64,000 bases of DNA from Iphione sp. A-MEVVRFRX5 (lineage: Eukaryota): assembly GCA_976226885.1 (NCBI GenBank), contig OZ320313.1, positions 70,866,001-70,930,000 on the forward strand, written 5' to 3'. A program made the position numbers and the translations under genes. Positions 26,701 through 38,500 of the stretch are shown in pieces (the first letter of the stretch is position 1; each line of letters opens with the position of its first letter). The notes beneath the pieces were generated by a model. It was not told the origin of the DNA and did no database searches. It saw only the letters and a program-made list of their open reading frames with translations.

Positions 26701-28221
26701 AACCCCACAATCTTTACCAAAATGACTGCCTACCCCAGTATATCCAGAGGGAGTTTCTGTGCTTGTAATCCCTCTGAATCGACATTCAAGGTATTTTCTA
26801 TTCCGATTCACTAACAATGGTGGGATAACTCTCCTTTTTTCATAAATGGTAATGATTATCGGAGAGATCGTAATGACAGGTTCCTGTGTTTCTGGGCTTA
26901 TCAGCTCAAAAAAGGTGATGGAAATAAACTAAGCTCGGGGAGCATATAGCTGTAGAAACACGAGCGACTGTTTTATCGTGAGTGTCCAAGCAAAGAGGCT
27001 GACGTTCAAAAAGGGTAGAGCTGGAACTCCAAAGTGCACAGTCATGTTAAATACGTGCTTCCATCGCAACCCCAGGGACAATTGCAGTAATTTTCAAGAA
27101 AACCGTTTTTTTTTCCTTCTATCCTCAACACCATCCGACCCCCGCCTGGTTACACCCTTCTTCACAAATTACAGACCTCTCGAGCACAACAAGCGGCCTT
27201 TGTGTCAGGTGCATCAAATATAGCCTGCTCGATGAAGTGCAATGAAGTTGCCTCCATTCACTTAGTCTCGCGCTGTCCTACTGTTGATAACAATTATGAA
27301 ACCGTGCGCAGTTGTTGTACAACAGTGCGTGTGACAGCTATGTCGACACTCTTTCCACCACCGCCAACACCAGGCGGTCCGTCCTCCCCGAGCTCCGCAA
27401 TGTTCCCTTAAGTTCAATAGCTGCTTCTAACCTCGGGTTCGTTTTTTTTTTCTTCAAAAGGGAAGCCCTCCCGTCTTCAATTGAGACTGGGTGGCACAAA
27501 AATATCCCCCTGAATCGGCAATGGGACTAACAGCCACTTACTGCCACTATTATGGGGGGGGGGGGCGGTCATTGGCCGGGATGGTCTACGACCGGCATTA
27601 TGCAATATGACAGGGCTGCTGGCGAAGGTAATAATCCATTCAATAATAATCATATCAACTAGCTAGCCAAGTCGTTATGACAGATTGGATGGCACTTGAA
27701 AACGAGCCCGACGATGTTTCAGCCGGGAACAATATGGTAGGCGCCTCCTCCTGCAGCGCTCGTGGAATGAGGAATGATGGCCGTAGTAACAATATTAAGG
27801 CCTGCAAACACAGTGAATATTCAGTTCGATAATGTCACGCTCAGAACTGCTGGCCGCCCATAGTCTCCTGCGAACACCACAGGATGAAATGAAGTAGCTC
27901 CCGAATTCGCACATTTGATGAAAGATATCGTGTGACTAGGCGATCATGTGATTTGTATGATGACCCTCAACATTATACGTAAATATGCATCAGCTTCGGG
28001 ATGATTTTCACGACGTACAAACTTTCCAGTGTGTGGCGTATCCTGGACAAGAACCTCTCGTGTGTCTAGGGCAATAAGAGTATGAAATGAAACTTCATCA
28101 CTGCCAGTGATGAAAAGATACCGAACGACCGAGAAACCGAAAACATGCAATGCGGTTCACAAAGTGGTATGGGATGAATTGTTAATATCTAAATCAGGGT
28201 CTCCCTAGCCACTACCCTCAC

Positions 28222-28335
28222 CTGAGGGGCATTCTTGCCAAGCCCTTGGAGGAGGAGAGTAGTAAAGAGAGCCGCTGCCTTGCGCACCTCAGCGGCGGGA
28301 TCGGACTTAACCAACGCCGACACACAGTTCAGCAC
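28222..28335 (-). CDS. TANGO6: TANGO6 internal (probably penultimate) exon (114 bp): VLNCVSALVKSDPAAEVRKAAALFTTLLLQGLGKNAPQ
   Basis: 38 codons. Acceptor tattttcag|, donor CAG|GTGAGG. Matches the recalled HEAT-like segment [37 protein letters not shown]. Confidence 0.9.
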
Positions 28336-28495
28336 CTGAAAATATAACACAGAGGGCGTCTCCCAGTTTAATAGGTACAGAAATATAACATTTCTCTTCC
28401 CGACTACATCCCGCCTATAAATACAATCCAGTGGCGATATACGACTATAGATGATGGGACTGCGCGACCAGTTCATAGTCAAGATTCACACTTAC

Positions 28496-28647
28496 CTCGT
28501 GGATGATACTGCCGAGGGCGAAGTGTAGCTGACCGCACAGCTCCCCAAGGTTTGAAATGCAGCTCGCCCTGACAAGTTCGTCTGGGTCCCGCGCCCCAGT
28601 CAGCAGCGAGGCCAGCAGAAGGTCGCGATACTTGGGTGTCATCTCAC
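28496..28647 (-). CDS. TANGO6: TANGO6 internal exon (152 bp, phase 1/0): (G)EMTPKYRDLLLASLLTGARDPDELVRASCISNLGELCGQLHFALGSIIHE
   Basis: Matches the recalled TANGO6 segment DMVSKYREPL...RDPD...[25 protein letters not shown]. Acceptor ggctgtag|, donor GAG|GTAAGT; phase fits the upstream exon. Confidence 0.93.
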
Positions 28648-31600
28648 CTACAGCCATAGAAATGCATTGGTTATAAAAGGTGGCGTGGCGTTAGACTGTG
28701 CATGGAGAGCAACTGTGTCAGGTGAATCGAGCTGCAATTCTTGAAACACTGTGTGAAGAAAGACACGCATAAGCCACAGAGCGATGGACATTTTCTTTTA
28801 TCATTTCTTTATATCCACTGGAAAGCTTGTTCAATATTGTATTGTACTTTCACCCAGCAGGTATATCTATGTAAGGGTTTCACTTGTCCTCCGTACCAAT
28901 CACTACAAGCCTCCCATCTGTCTCTATGTCCGTGGTTCTGCCTCTCTTTGGTTTTATTGCCTGACCTTTCTATTTATACAACATGAAGAATATCATCACT
29001 TTCAAGTGAATATCATACTTATAAAGTACATCTACTGTTAATCCGTTTCCTTTTAGTTCGATAGTTAGTAACTGACTGACAGGAAATCAACCGCTATCAA
29101 TAACCACTGCAAAAAAATAATAATTAAAATAAAGCAGCTCTATTTAAATACATCTGACAGCAGTCAGTCCGTGACTTGGTGAACGCCTGCCGAGGAAAGT
29201 GAGCCGAACGTTTGAGGATGTTATTCTCTCTGCTGATGTTCCCGTTTTCTTCTTCCCAATCCTTCTCTAAGAAGCTAATTATACGCACGTTTCCCTTTAT
29301 TCTTCCTCTACCTGAAAGGGCCATCAAGGGTTGATCTCAACATGTATTAAAGACAAGGCTCGTCATGCCAAAAACCGTGAAGAGAAGAAGACCACACTTC
29401 CTTTCAAAGCCTATAATCTAGATTACAGCTGCCTGTTATTCATGGCTCTGGCTGTTTAACTAAGAATTGCTTCGCACATAAAAATGAACGACACATTTTT
29501 CTCCACACAGTAAACCAATTTGATCCCGTTCTCCTTTTCACCTCAGATTTCTCTGCTGTTTCTCTGACTTTCTGGAAGTTTTTCCCCCTGGCACATCATC
29601 TCTGCGGCAGGATGCTGCTGTCAGGTCCTCTTAGATATTTTCGCTTAAGTCCTGCCCAAAGCGTGTGACGTCATATCATCTAAGGTGGGAAGCTGTGGGC
29701 GTCTATTAGCGCGGAGGACCCCCCTACGGGGCTGGGAGTGGGGATCTCCTCTACAGCCAGATTAGATGCAATCAACCCAACGACACAAATGCAGAATTTG
29801 TCGTCAGTTTCTTAATCTGCACATAATGACAGAAATGCCATATGCAAGTGAACGTCTGATGATTACCACGGAACGAATGTGAGAGTTCTGGGGGCTGAGT
29901 CTGGTCGTGAAATGTCAAAGGGACATATATGTACATAAAAGGACTCAAATGTTTGATACAGAAAATGTCAGATAGTCGGGTAATAATTTTGAGAGGGAAA
30001 GAAAAAAACAGATCAAAAGGAAGATAAATGATTACTGACCCAACAAAGGACACGAAAAGGAAGACACAAAGAAGGTCAAGACAATATACTGGACGAAGAA
30101 AGAAAAACAGGTACAGATAGGTGGATAAGGCAGTGTGTTAGTTGGATCGTTTTGCTAGTTAGTTAGTTGGTTAGTGACGAGAGAAGTGGATACACATAGA
30201 GGGAGGGGAGAAGAGGGAGGGAGAAATATTTGCAGAGCAGGACGGACGGTAGGAGTGCGGAATGAAGTTAAAAGAATGTGAGACAGTGGAAAAGTGATAT
30301 CGCTACATTTGCGACTAACGGCAACCGCCTCGCGTAACAAATCATTCCAATATCAAAACCTAAATCCAATACGGATTCAATTACAATGAGCGTGACAATC
30401 CAATTATCTTAAGCAGTCCTTTTGGCAGAGCGAGGACCGCTACCTTAACAACGGAGACGAGCGCCGAGAGCGCCCTGCTGCGTCGGCGGATCTAGCCAAA
30501 CGTGCTATCGTCGCTGGCTGACTAGCTACCGCGAGATAATGATTCCGATAGAGCCATTTCACGGGCGGCAGAATCGCAGTTCACACTTTCCCGACACTCC
30601 ATTCTAATCCCTCATGTAAAGCGAGACGGCGCCGCAGGGGCGACTTGGGGGAGAGAAGGAAGTCCCACCGAGGGAAGGGTGTGTTTGGTTCGTGCTCAAA
30701 ACATCGGCCGGGCGGGAGGACAGGTGGGTGGGCGGTGGGCGGTAAGGGTGGGCGGGAGGCTAGCCGAGCGGGCGACACGCTTTGCTCCACAGAATCACAT
30801 GTGATGAGATACATTTTTAAGGGATACATTCCTTTGCGACCAATTCAATTAGACATTATACGAAACAGGATTTAGATTGTTAACTATTGCTAGCTGCCGA
30901 CGGCTCAGCCCTTGCACTATTTTAACTTGCAAGTGATTGTCTGAAGAGCTGCACTCTAAAGAGAAACCACGGTAGTTAATTTCTAACTTCGTTAATGAGG
31001 TATGGCATCTGCACTTAACATTTCAGCTTCGATTTACAATACTAAAATCTCTTTATGTTCGAACAGTTACGCTTTTCCTTTCAAAGACAAATCACGGAGG
31101 TTTACCGAAAGAACTGACTGGATTTCTATTCGAATCGGTCAATTTGTCATACGTCTTTTGCTTGTCTTCTTTAAATAGAAATAAATATATATTCACATCA
31201 TCCATAAGGGCTTGGTATTCTAACAAAACGAGCGTATCCAGACTATCACTGTGACGTATTTAATTTCAGCCAACAAAACTCCTGGGGAAGTACTAATAAA
31301 GTGTCCTTGCAAACCTGGGACGCTGTGCCTCGATGACAAACGTAACAGTTCACGGTTACACGACAATGAAAACAGAACAAAATCGTTGTCCGCTAGTTAT
31401 GTTTGACAAAATACAATACGACTAAATACAATTCGGCCAGCTCCGTTACTCGGCGATTAAATTACGTCCCCTTTGTGCATTTAACGGAAAACTCATAATT
31501 TGCGAGTATTTTTTTCTCCGTCTGACTTGCTCATACTTCGATATTCTCTAACCGTAAATGGTTTGCGCCTGGTGTTGAGCATGCTCTTGAATGTCAATGT

Positions 31601-32288
31601 TGTGTAGATTACACTTCGCGCTGGCGCATGACGGAGATTCCGAAAGCAAACCGAACGGTTATTATTTCGATGCAATGAATATACATACATGTGACTGAGC
31701 AATGTTCAACTGTAACTACAATGCCCGCGACAGTGCGCTCCACTACGTCCTCCCACCAATTGTAAGCCAGAGCAAGCACACCTTTTCCTTATACTACTCG
31801 CTAATGTGTCAGAATTAGAGAGGGGAAAAACAAGAAAGAAGATGCAATGTAGCAATAATGTTCACATAAATTTATCGTAGAAGAGAAAACCCTGAATGTT
31901 AACACTTGAAAATCTATCTATAACCATGTTGTATGTGTGTGCACGTTTTGTGTGTATGAGTTTTTCTTTGCCATGCTTGAACCCTCGGACTGAATTCTGT
32001 TCCAAAACATTGTTTCGTGAGCCAAACCATTATCAATGCTCCCTTTGCCACAAACAATGCATTTAACTCTCTCAAAATTAGATACCAAACGAACAAAAAC
32101 AGAAACCGTTGGAAATGGATACTTCAAAAATAACCATCAGTTTTCCATAACAACGGCAGAGCCTTATCGGGAAAAACAAGTTCACAGTCAAGGACAACAT
32201 CGGCAAGGTCAGAAGCTGCAATCATTATCTTTTCAGGATAAAAGTAACATCACTGATATCCTGACTGGCCAACGTGACCGTATTTTAA

Positions 32289-32609
32289 CCCATTCGGGAT
32301 TGGGACAGGTTGGATACTTAATCACTATAGGGCTAGGCTAGAGGGTTTTTATCCTCCTAAAGGACTAAGGCTTTGAGTATTGACATCCAATAAATGGATA
32401 TAACATTTAAAAAAACATAAATCAATATATATTTTTGATATAAATAATGAAATATTATACTATGAAAATTGTGTTAGATATGTTCTTTATGGGAAAATTC
32501 GCCAAAATTCAAAAAACACATTATGATATAATGTTACCTAAATAATGCTTGGAGGCATCTTCAGGGCCCATGTGGGGAGTGCCTGCAGGCATCTCCAGTC
32601 CCTATTGGG
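32289..32609. mobile_element. piggyBac-like (TTAA) MITE, 321 bp
   Basis: TTAA|CCCATTCGGGATTGGG ... TCCAGTCCCTATTGGG|TTAA: CCC/GGG termini, 12/16 TIR match, TTAA on both sides. Confidence 0.55.
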
Positions 32610-32890
32610 TTAATTAAACACTAGTCAACAATACAGTAAAATTCCTCTAATCCGATCATAGGTGGGACGAGCCGTTTTTTCTCTTCTTGAAAGTTTACCC
32701 TCCTATCTGTGCCTTTCTTTCTTATAAAATATAGATCATTGGGTCCAGGCGCAGGTGCCCTCTCGCCTGGGTTGCCCTTCTCATAAGGATCTTGCACTGG
32801 GGATAGTCTATAACATATTGCTGGGAGAAAATGTGACGTTCATTCTTCTATCAACCACAAACTCCTTGCAGTCAACCGAGGGATACTCAC

Positions 32891-33929
32891 CTAACGAACG
32901 GCAGGTCTTCACCAGTACTTCTCCCAGCTTCATTCTGAGCTCGGCTGAACGTCTCCGAGCAGGCTTCTTTTCGGGCTTCCCTGCAGTCACCGTCTGACCT
33001 TGCCAATGACATTGACCTACATGTCGTTCCTGCTCAAGGTCGGCCTCAGCGTACTCCTGGGCGAGGACCGGAAGAAGGAGGTCTGGGCTGCGGCGGCCGA
33101 GCGTCGCCAAGCCTTCTACGGCCGCTAGGTAGATGTAGGAATCGGCGTGGTCTAGGTTCTCCCGGAAGACACGCAGGAGGAGGTCGGTCCGCTGTAGGGC
33201 TTCCTTGTCTCCTCCCTGGAGGAGGCGCCGCAAGGAGATGAGGCCGTGACCGCGGACTGGCACAAGAGGGTCATACAGCTCCTGGAGGGCCGTCCCGAAC
33301 GGCGACAGTCCATCGTCTGAAGTCGTCGTCGTCGGCGGCGCCGCTGTCCATCCCTTGTCAGGCGCAATCGATCCTGAGGGCCTGGTATCTGGGGGGCCCA
33401 AACTGGTTGACGTCTCCCCGGACGGGACGGTGGCGGGCACGCTCTGGCTATGAAGGCCTTCGTGACATCCTGTCGAGGTGGTGGGTGGGGGTGGTTCTGA
33501 CGTCGGGGCAGGCCCAGACGAAGACGTCCCCGCCCCCAACCCCACCCCGCCGGGCGGTACGAGTCTGGCAGCGCCGTCCGCGCCTTTCATCCTCGCCTCA
33601 TTACCGCCCGACGTCGGCGACGACGAGATGACCTCAATCAGCGGGCGACGACCTTGATTTCTGCTCTTTGGAACCGTACCGTCGCGGGCAGCGTCTAAGC
33701 TCTCTGCTTTCACAGCGCCACTGTCATCTACTCTAACCTTGCCTTTACCTCGGCCCTTGTCCGTCCTTTTGGCTGCCTCCAACAGGTCAGTCCAGATGGC
33801 ACCACGCGTGGCTATTGCGATGCGCAGGTCAGTAGCCATTTCCTGCACTTCCGAGTCTGGGTGAAAGTCTGCCAGATCTTGAAGGAGTGGGAGGAGTTCC
33901 TGCATGGCGTCCTTGTCTGACGCGGAAAT
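32891..33929 (-). CDS. TANGO6: TANGO6 large internal exon (1039 bp, phase 0/1), including the RTP1_C1-type region
   Basis: Lies within ORF 32808..33935. ISASDKDAMQELLPLLQDLADFHPDSEVQEMATDLRIAIATRG and ELYDPLVPVRGHGL...FRENLDHADSYIYLAAVEG...ELRMKLGEVLVKTCRSLG match recalled TANGO6 motifs. Acceptor ccacttgcag|, donor G|GTGAGT. Confidence 0.93.
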
Positions 33930-35442
33930 CTGCAAGTGGTATAATTTCCAGTCAAATCATGTGACATGGTTGTGAGAGATTCACCAACCTGCTCAAATAT
34001 CAGATACAGACATAGCTGGTTTGAATGGATACCAACATTACCAAAATTTATTGAAACTGGACATTCCCCTTCTCTTCACTGTTCACCTTACTGACATGGT
34101 AGCTTCGCGTCAAAGACAACATTATAAATAAGACCAAAACACAGATGTCTTTCTATGTAGTATATACCCTCCTACAGTGACGACGTGGCGGCACGAGTCA
34201 TGATTTCAGTACGGCTTTATACAACACCGGGTTTTCTTTGGCGGGAAGAAACGGTAGCCAATGTCAACATAATCACGAACCGAAACTGGGCAGGTGCCAG
34301 GGCCAGATGAATGTTGACCCCAAATGACAGGCCTGCGGCATCTGTATCATGTGGTGAGATCCAGATCGTCATACGTGTAGATATAACTGACGGGGGGGCA
34401 CAAAGTATATTTACGCACTGCTAACGACTGGTCGCTTCTGTACACGGCATGCATTAGGCATGAAAATACAATACAAAAACACAAGTGGGCACCAGAAAGT
34501 GGAGAGCGGTTGGGAAATGCCAGCGACTAAAGGCTACGGCACCAGGTTGGACCAGTCACCACTCAGGCGTGAAAAATATAACGTTAGGAATAGGCGGCCC
34601 CCTGGTGGCTAGGGGGCGGGGGCGGGTATCGAGGACCAAGCGGCTACTTTTTGGCTTCAGTCGGCGCTACACGACAGCTGATCCATCATAATCAATCGGC
34701 GGTGGCTTTGCTCTTCTTGTATCCCGTGGCCGCTTAGATCAATAATTCCATTTGTTGTCCTGATGGAATGATCAGGCGGGCGCTTGTTAATTGATATCCA
34801 TGGGTGGGGCCCCTAACTAACCGACCCGCCATCTACTTTCCTTCATATCTCCATTACTCTCTAAATCGCCCTGCCTCGGTCACTTCCTCCCTCTACTTAA
34901 ACCTCATTTTAGGGATATCAAAAGTCACATACATACGTGCGTACACGTATATTACGTGTCTATGATATATTTTGGTTATGTAAAGAAACACTAATGGTTT
35001 ACTTTTGCAAATTTTAAGTATTGTGCCATATTACTTCATATACTGGGACTGAGATTCGGTAATGGCCTTTATGTAATATTTCTGACACGGTAAAGTACAG
35101 TGTATGTCGACAAACTACATGTTTGCATTCGTTTAATGGTCACTCCATCAAGTCATATATCACACCTGAATGTTAAAACCAAAAGCTTCATTGAATATTT
35201 CTAATTCTTTGATCAGTTTCAAGAATAAATACTGAAAAATGTCTTATTACACTGAGGTGGGGGTCTGTTTACCTTTCGATATGTCTTTTAGTCCCCGCTT
35301 CTCTATTTAACCGATGTATAGTTCACTCTCTTAACAAGATCACATATCAAATTCTGTTTTTCAGGAAATCTCACTGTCTCTTTTGTCTATTCTTCTACGT
35401 TTGTCTGCCTCTCGGTCCCAGTGTCTGTTTCATTATCCCTTC

Positions 35443-35485
35443 GTCTCTGTCTCTGTCTCTCTCTGTCTCTGTCTCTCTCTCTCTC

Positions 35486-35526
<41 letters not shown>
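35443..35526. repeat. (CTGTCT)n/(CT)n microsatellite
   Basis: Directly visible in the sequence. Confidence 0.95.
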
Positions 35527-35529
<3 letters not shown>

Positions 35530-38500
35530 CTTTTTTGCTGACTGGCCCACCCTCTTTCATCTAATTTCCTATCACACTATTTCCTTCCCTCAGCTGTTTA
35601 AACTGCTACTTAAGATCTTCAAAGGACACGGGACCAAGCAAGAAGCATGGACCACAGAACACGAACTAGCGTCACAAGGCTCCCTTATCCTGGTAAACCA
35701 AATATTCAGGTTTTCACACTGTGACAAAACATCATGCTGACGAAGAAAACAGCACTAACATCCGGAAGAAACAGAATTCTTTCAATATACTTTCCAAGCC
35801 TTCAGAGAATTTGTTGTCAATATAGCTCTAAACATCATCTGGGAATTTAACGATGGAAGAGTGTATATTTTGTCAACCGAAAGTCAAACAAGAACGTTGA
35901 AATATCACAATGTGAGGGGGATCGTCTCTACCAATCCAGTCTAAAAACATACCAAGAGCAACTTGTCACACAATGTTCTCCCTCTAACAGAAAAATGGTC
36001 CCTCGATTTGTCTTCAAAACGGGGAGGACATGGGACAACGAAATGGAAGTCTCGTGTCCTGATGTGGTTACCATATACGCCCAGAGAAGGCCTTCCTGGT
36101 AGCTCCCTGTGGGTCAGTCTACATCAGTGCACACACGTACGGGTGACATATTTCGGAGATTGAAAACACAACCCTCCCCCCCCCAAAAAAAAAACCCACA
36201 CACACACAACCAAATACGCGAAAACAAGTCGAAAGTACTCTGTCCCGCTCGTGATGTGAATTTGTATCGACGAAATCATCCCATCGCTTTTCTTCCAAGT
36301 ATCAATGAGTGGGAATGGGCGCAGGCTGTCTGACGAAGGAAAAGGGTGAGGCCTGCCCAACGCCAATTATGGCTGCCATGTGACAAGTGGGAGGGGCTAG
36401 GACGTGATAAATCCGTCATTGTCAGTTCCTTTTTCGGGCATGAAATGGCCGACCGTCTCCGAGAAACGTCTGAATGATCGTCTGCTACTGACGAAGAAAT
36501 TGGTGCCTCAGTGCTTGGAAGCAAGTCGGCACTCGGCGCCTCCCTTGGGTGAAGGGCAGTGGTGGCGGTGATAGTGTTAGCCAGTGCTCAACGCACTGTA
36601 AATTCAACATTGTCCTACCGATCCGTGTGTTAGTAAGTGGATGCAAAAATGGGACAAGCAGTTTAAAAACATCTATATTATCGCTGATGTTCAGCACCGA
36701 CTGGTATAAATACATTTGCGCTGGGTTTAGGCGATATTTTTTTTCTCGTTAATCCGTTCGGATTCATATTTACCGACCAAGATTTTCCCAATTCACTCAT
36801 CCTCCCTAATACTCAATAATAACAATTAACAGAAATGACAATTGGTAGGTGCCTAAGGGAATGGTAGAATGTTAGCATTGTGAGTGCCTGCGACGGCCAA
36901 TCCATCGTGAAAACAGGTACCAGACTTTACTTATGGTTATATGCCTTACAAGTCACCCTTAACACCCCTTATTGTGCATTTTCTTAATTTGTTTTTTTTC
37001 CATGTAAAGGTTATTTAAAAGGCATTTTCATATTTTATTTTTAAGAGTGCTATGAGAGAGTTATAATTCTTTATGTAAGAGATGGCTCTCTTTTGCAACA
37101 CTGGTGCTTCAAAACACAGTAAATACGAAAGGAATGTTCCTTCAACCATTTGAATATGAGAAACAGCCGATGAAGGGAATGAAACAATGAAACAGAAGCG
37201 AAACGTGTCACCAGCGGGGTTGCGCATTACCCACTGATGTATTATATTTGCTCTTCGGAAGCGGCCGATTAATTGGAAGCAACATCCACATCGATCTACT
37301 CTATTCCACGTTATGCTAATGAACGTGCCTGCGCCCGTATCTGCCTGTTGGACTTGTCGGGATCTAGGTTCCACATCACAGCACTCGACAATTTTCCCCT
37401 CAGGTATTTAGGTTGCCATGACTTGCACGGTGTCTGTCGTTAAATTTGCTTGACTGTTTAGCGTTTTCTTGCATAATGATGTTCCCAGCTTTCCTTTCTC
37501 TCTCGTTCTGTTTGCGCCTCTGCTTCGGTACGTCTGTCCACTTAAATTTATTCAGCCTTTTGTCTGTGCGCGGTTCTAAGTCTCTTTTTGTGTCTGCTTA
37601 TTTGTTATTATCTGTGCGCCTGTCTATCATCAGTATGGTTTTTTTCTGACTGTCCGCCTGTTTGTCTCTGTCCATTTTCTATTATCTGCGTTTTCTGCCG
37701 TCTGTCTGTCTGTCTGTTTGTCTGTCTCTCTCTCTACCCTCTCCCTCTCCTTCTCCTTCCCTCCTGGGACATAACGTGCCTGAGAAACATTATGGCATAT
37801 TTCTGTCACAGTTGTTCCGGCCAAGAACAACCAACACCCGACCAACCGGGAAACTGCACCGGCTGCTGAAGCCAGCCAACAGGCGGCGCCACATTCACAC
37901 CAGGTGTCGATGTAATGGCGCGCGCAGTACCCTGGAGAAATCAATCTCTTATCACTTGTTTTCACGCCTTCTGGTGGCCGCCGTGCGAACAATCCGGGCA
38001 CCCTATTTCCCCGTTCTACTTCCCTGATACCCCTTCTTGCTGACTGTCCCACCAACTGTAGATGCCACAGTATCACCCACATACAACGATAAGTTGGCAC
38101 CTGAACGGCGCGACAGCTACTACGCTTTGGAACTGAGCAAAAACACATGTCCAACATGCTGACTGGACACATTTTTCGTGTTACAAGGAGCATAATATTG
38201 GATGAAATGATAGTTTAAGTTGCGGTCCTAGAATTTGCAAACCCTTGCCGTAATATAGAAGCCAGAATTTTAACATACGTGTAGTAATGCTAGTTATCAT
38301 ATATGATTACTAGTTCAGCTGAAGGTCGTTTTCCATGCCGCTAATCTTAGTGCAGTTCACCATGTCAACCGACTTCTGATATCAACCGATATTCAATCGA
38401 ACCTGTGAGGAACGATCGAGCGGATTATCCAGGGGTCTTACCGCAACGATGGAGCATGGCTGGCTACAGCCAACAACGTGTTGACATGTGAAACATCCAT

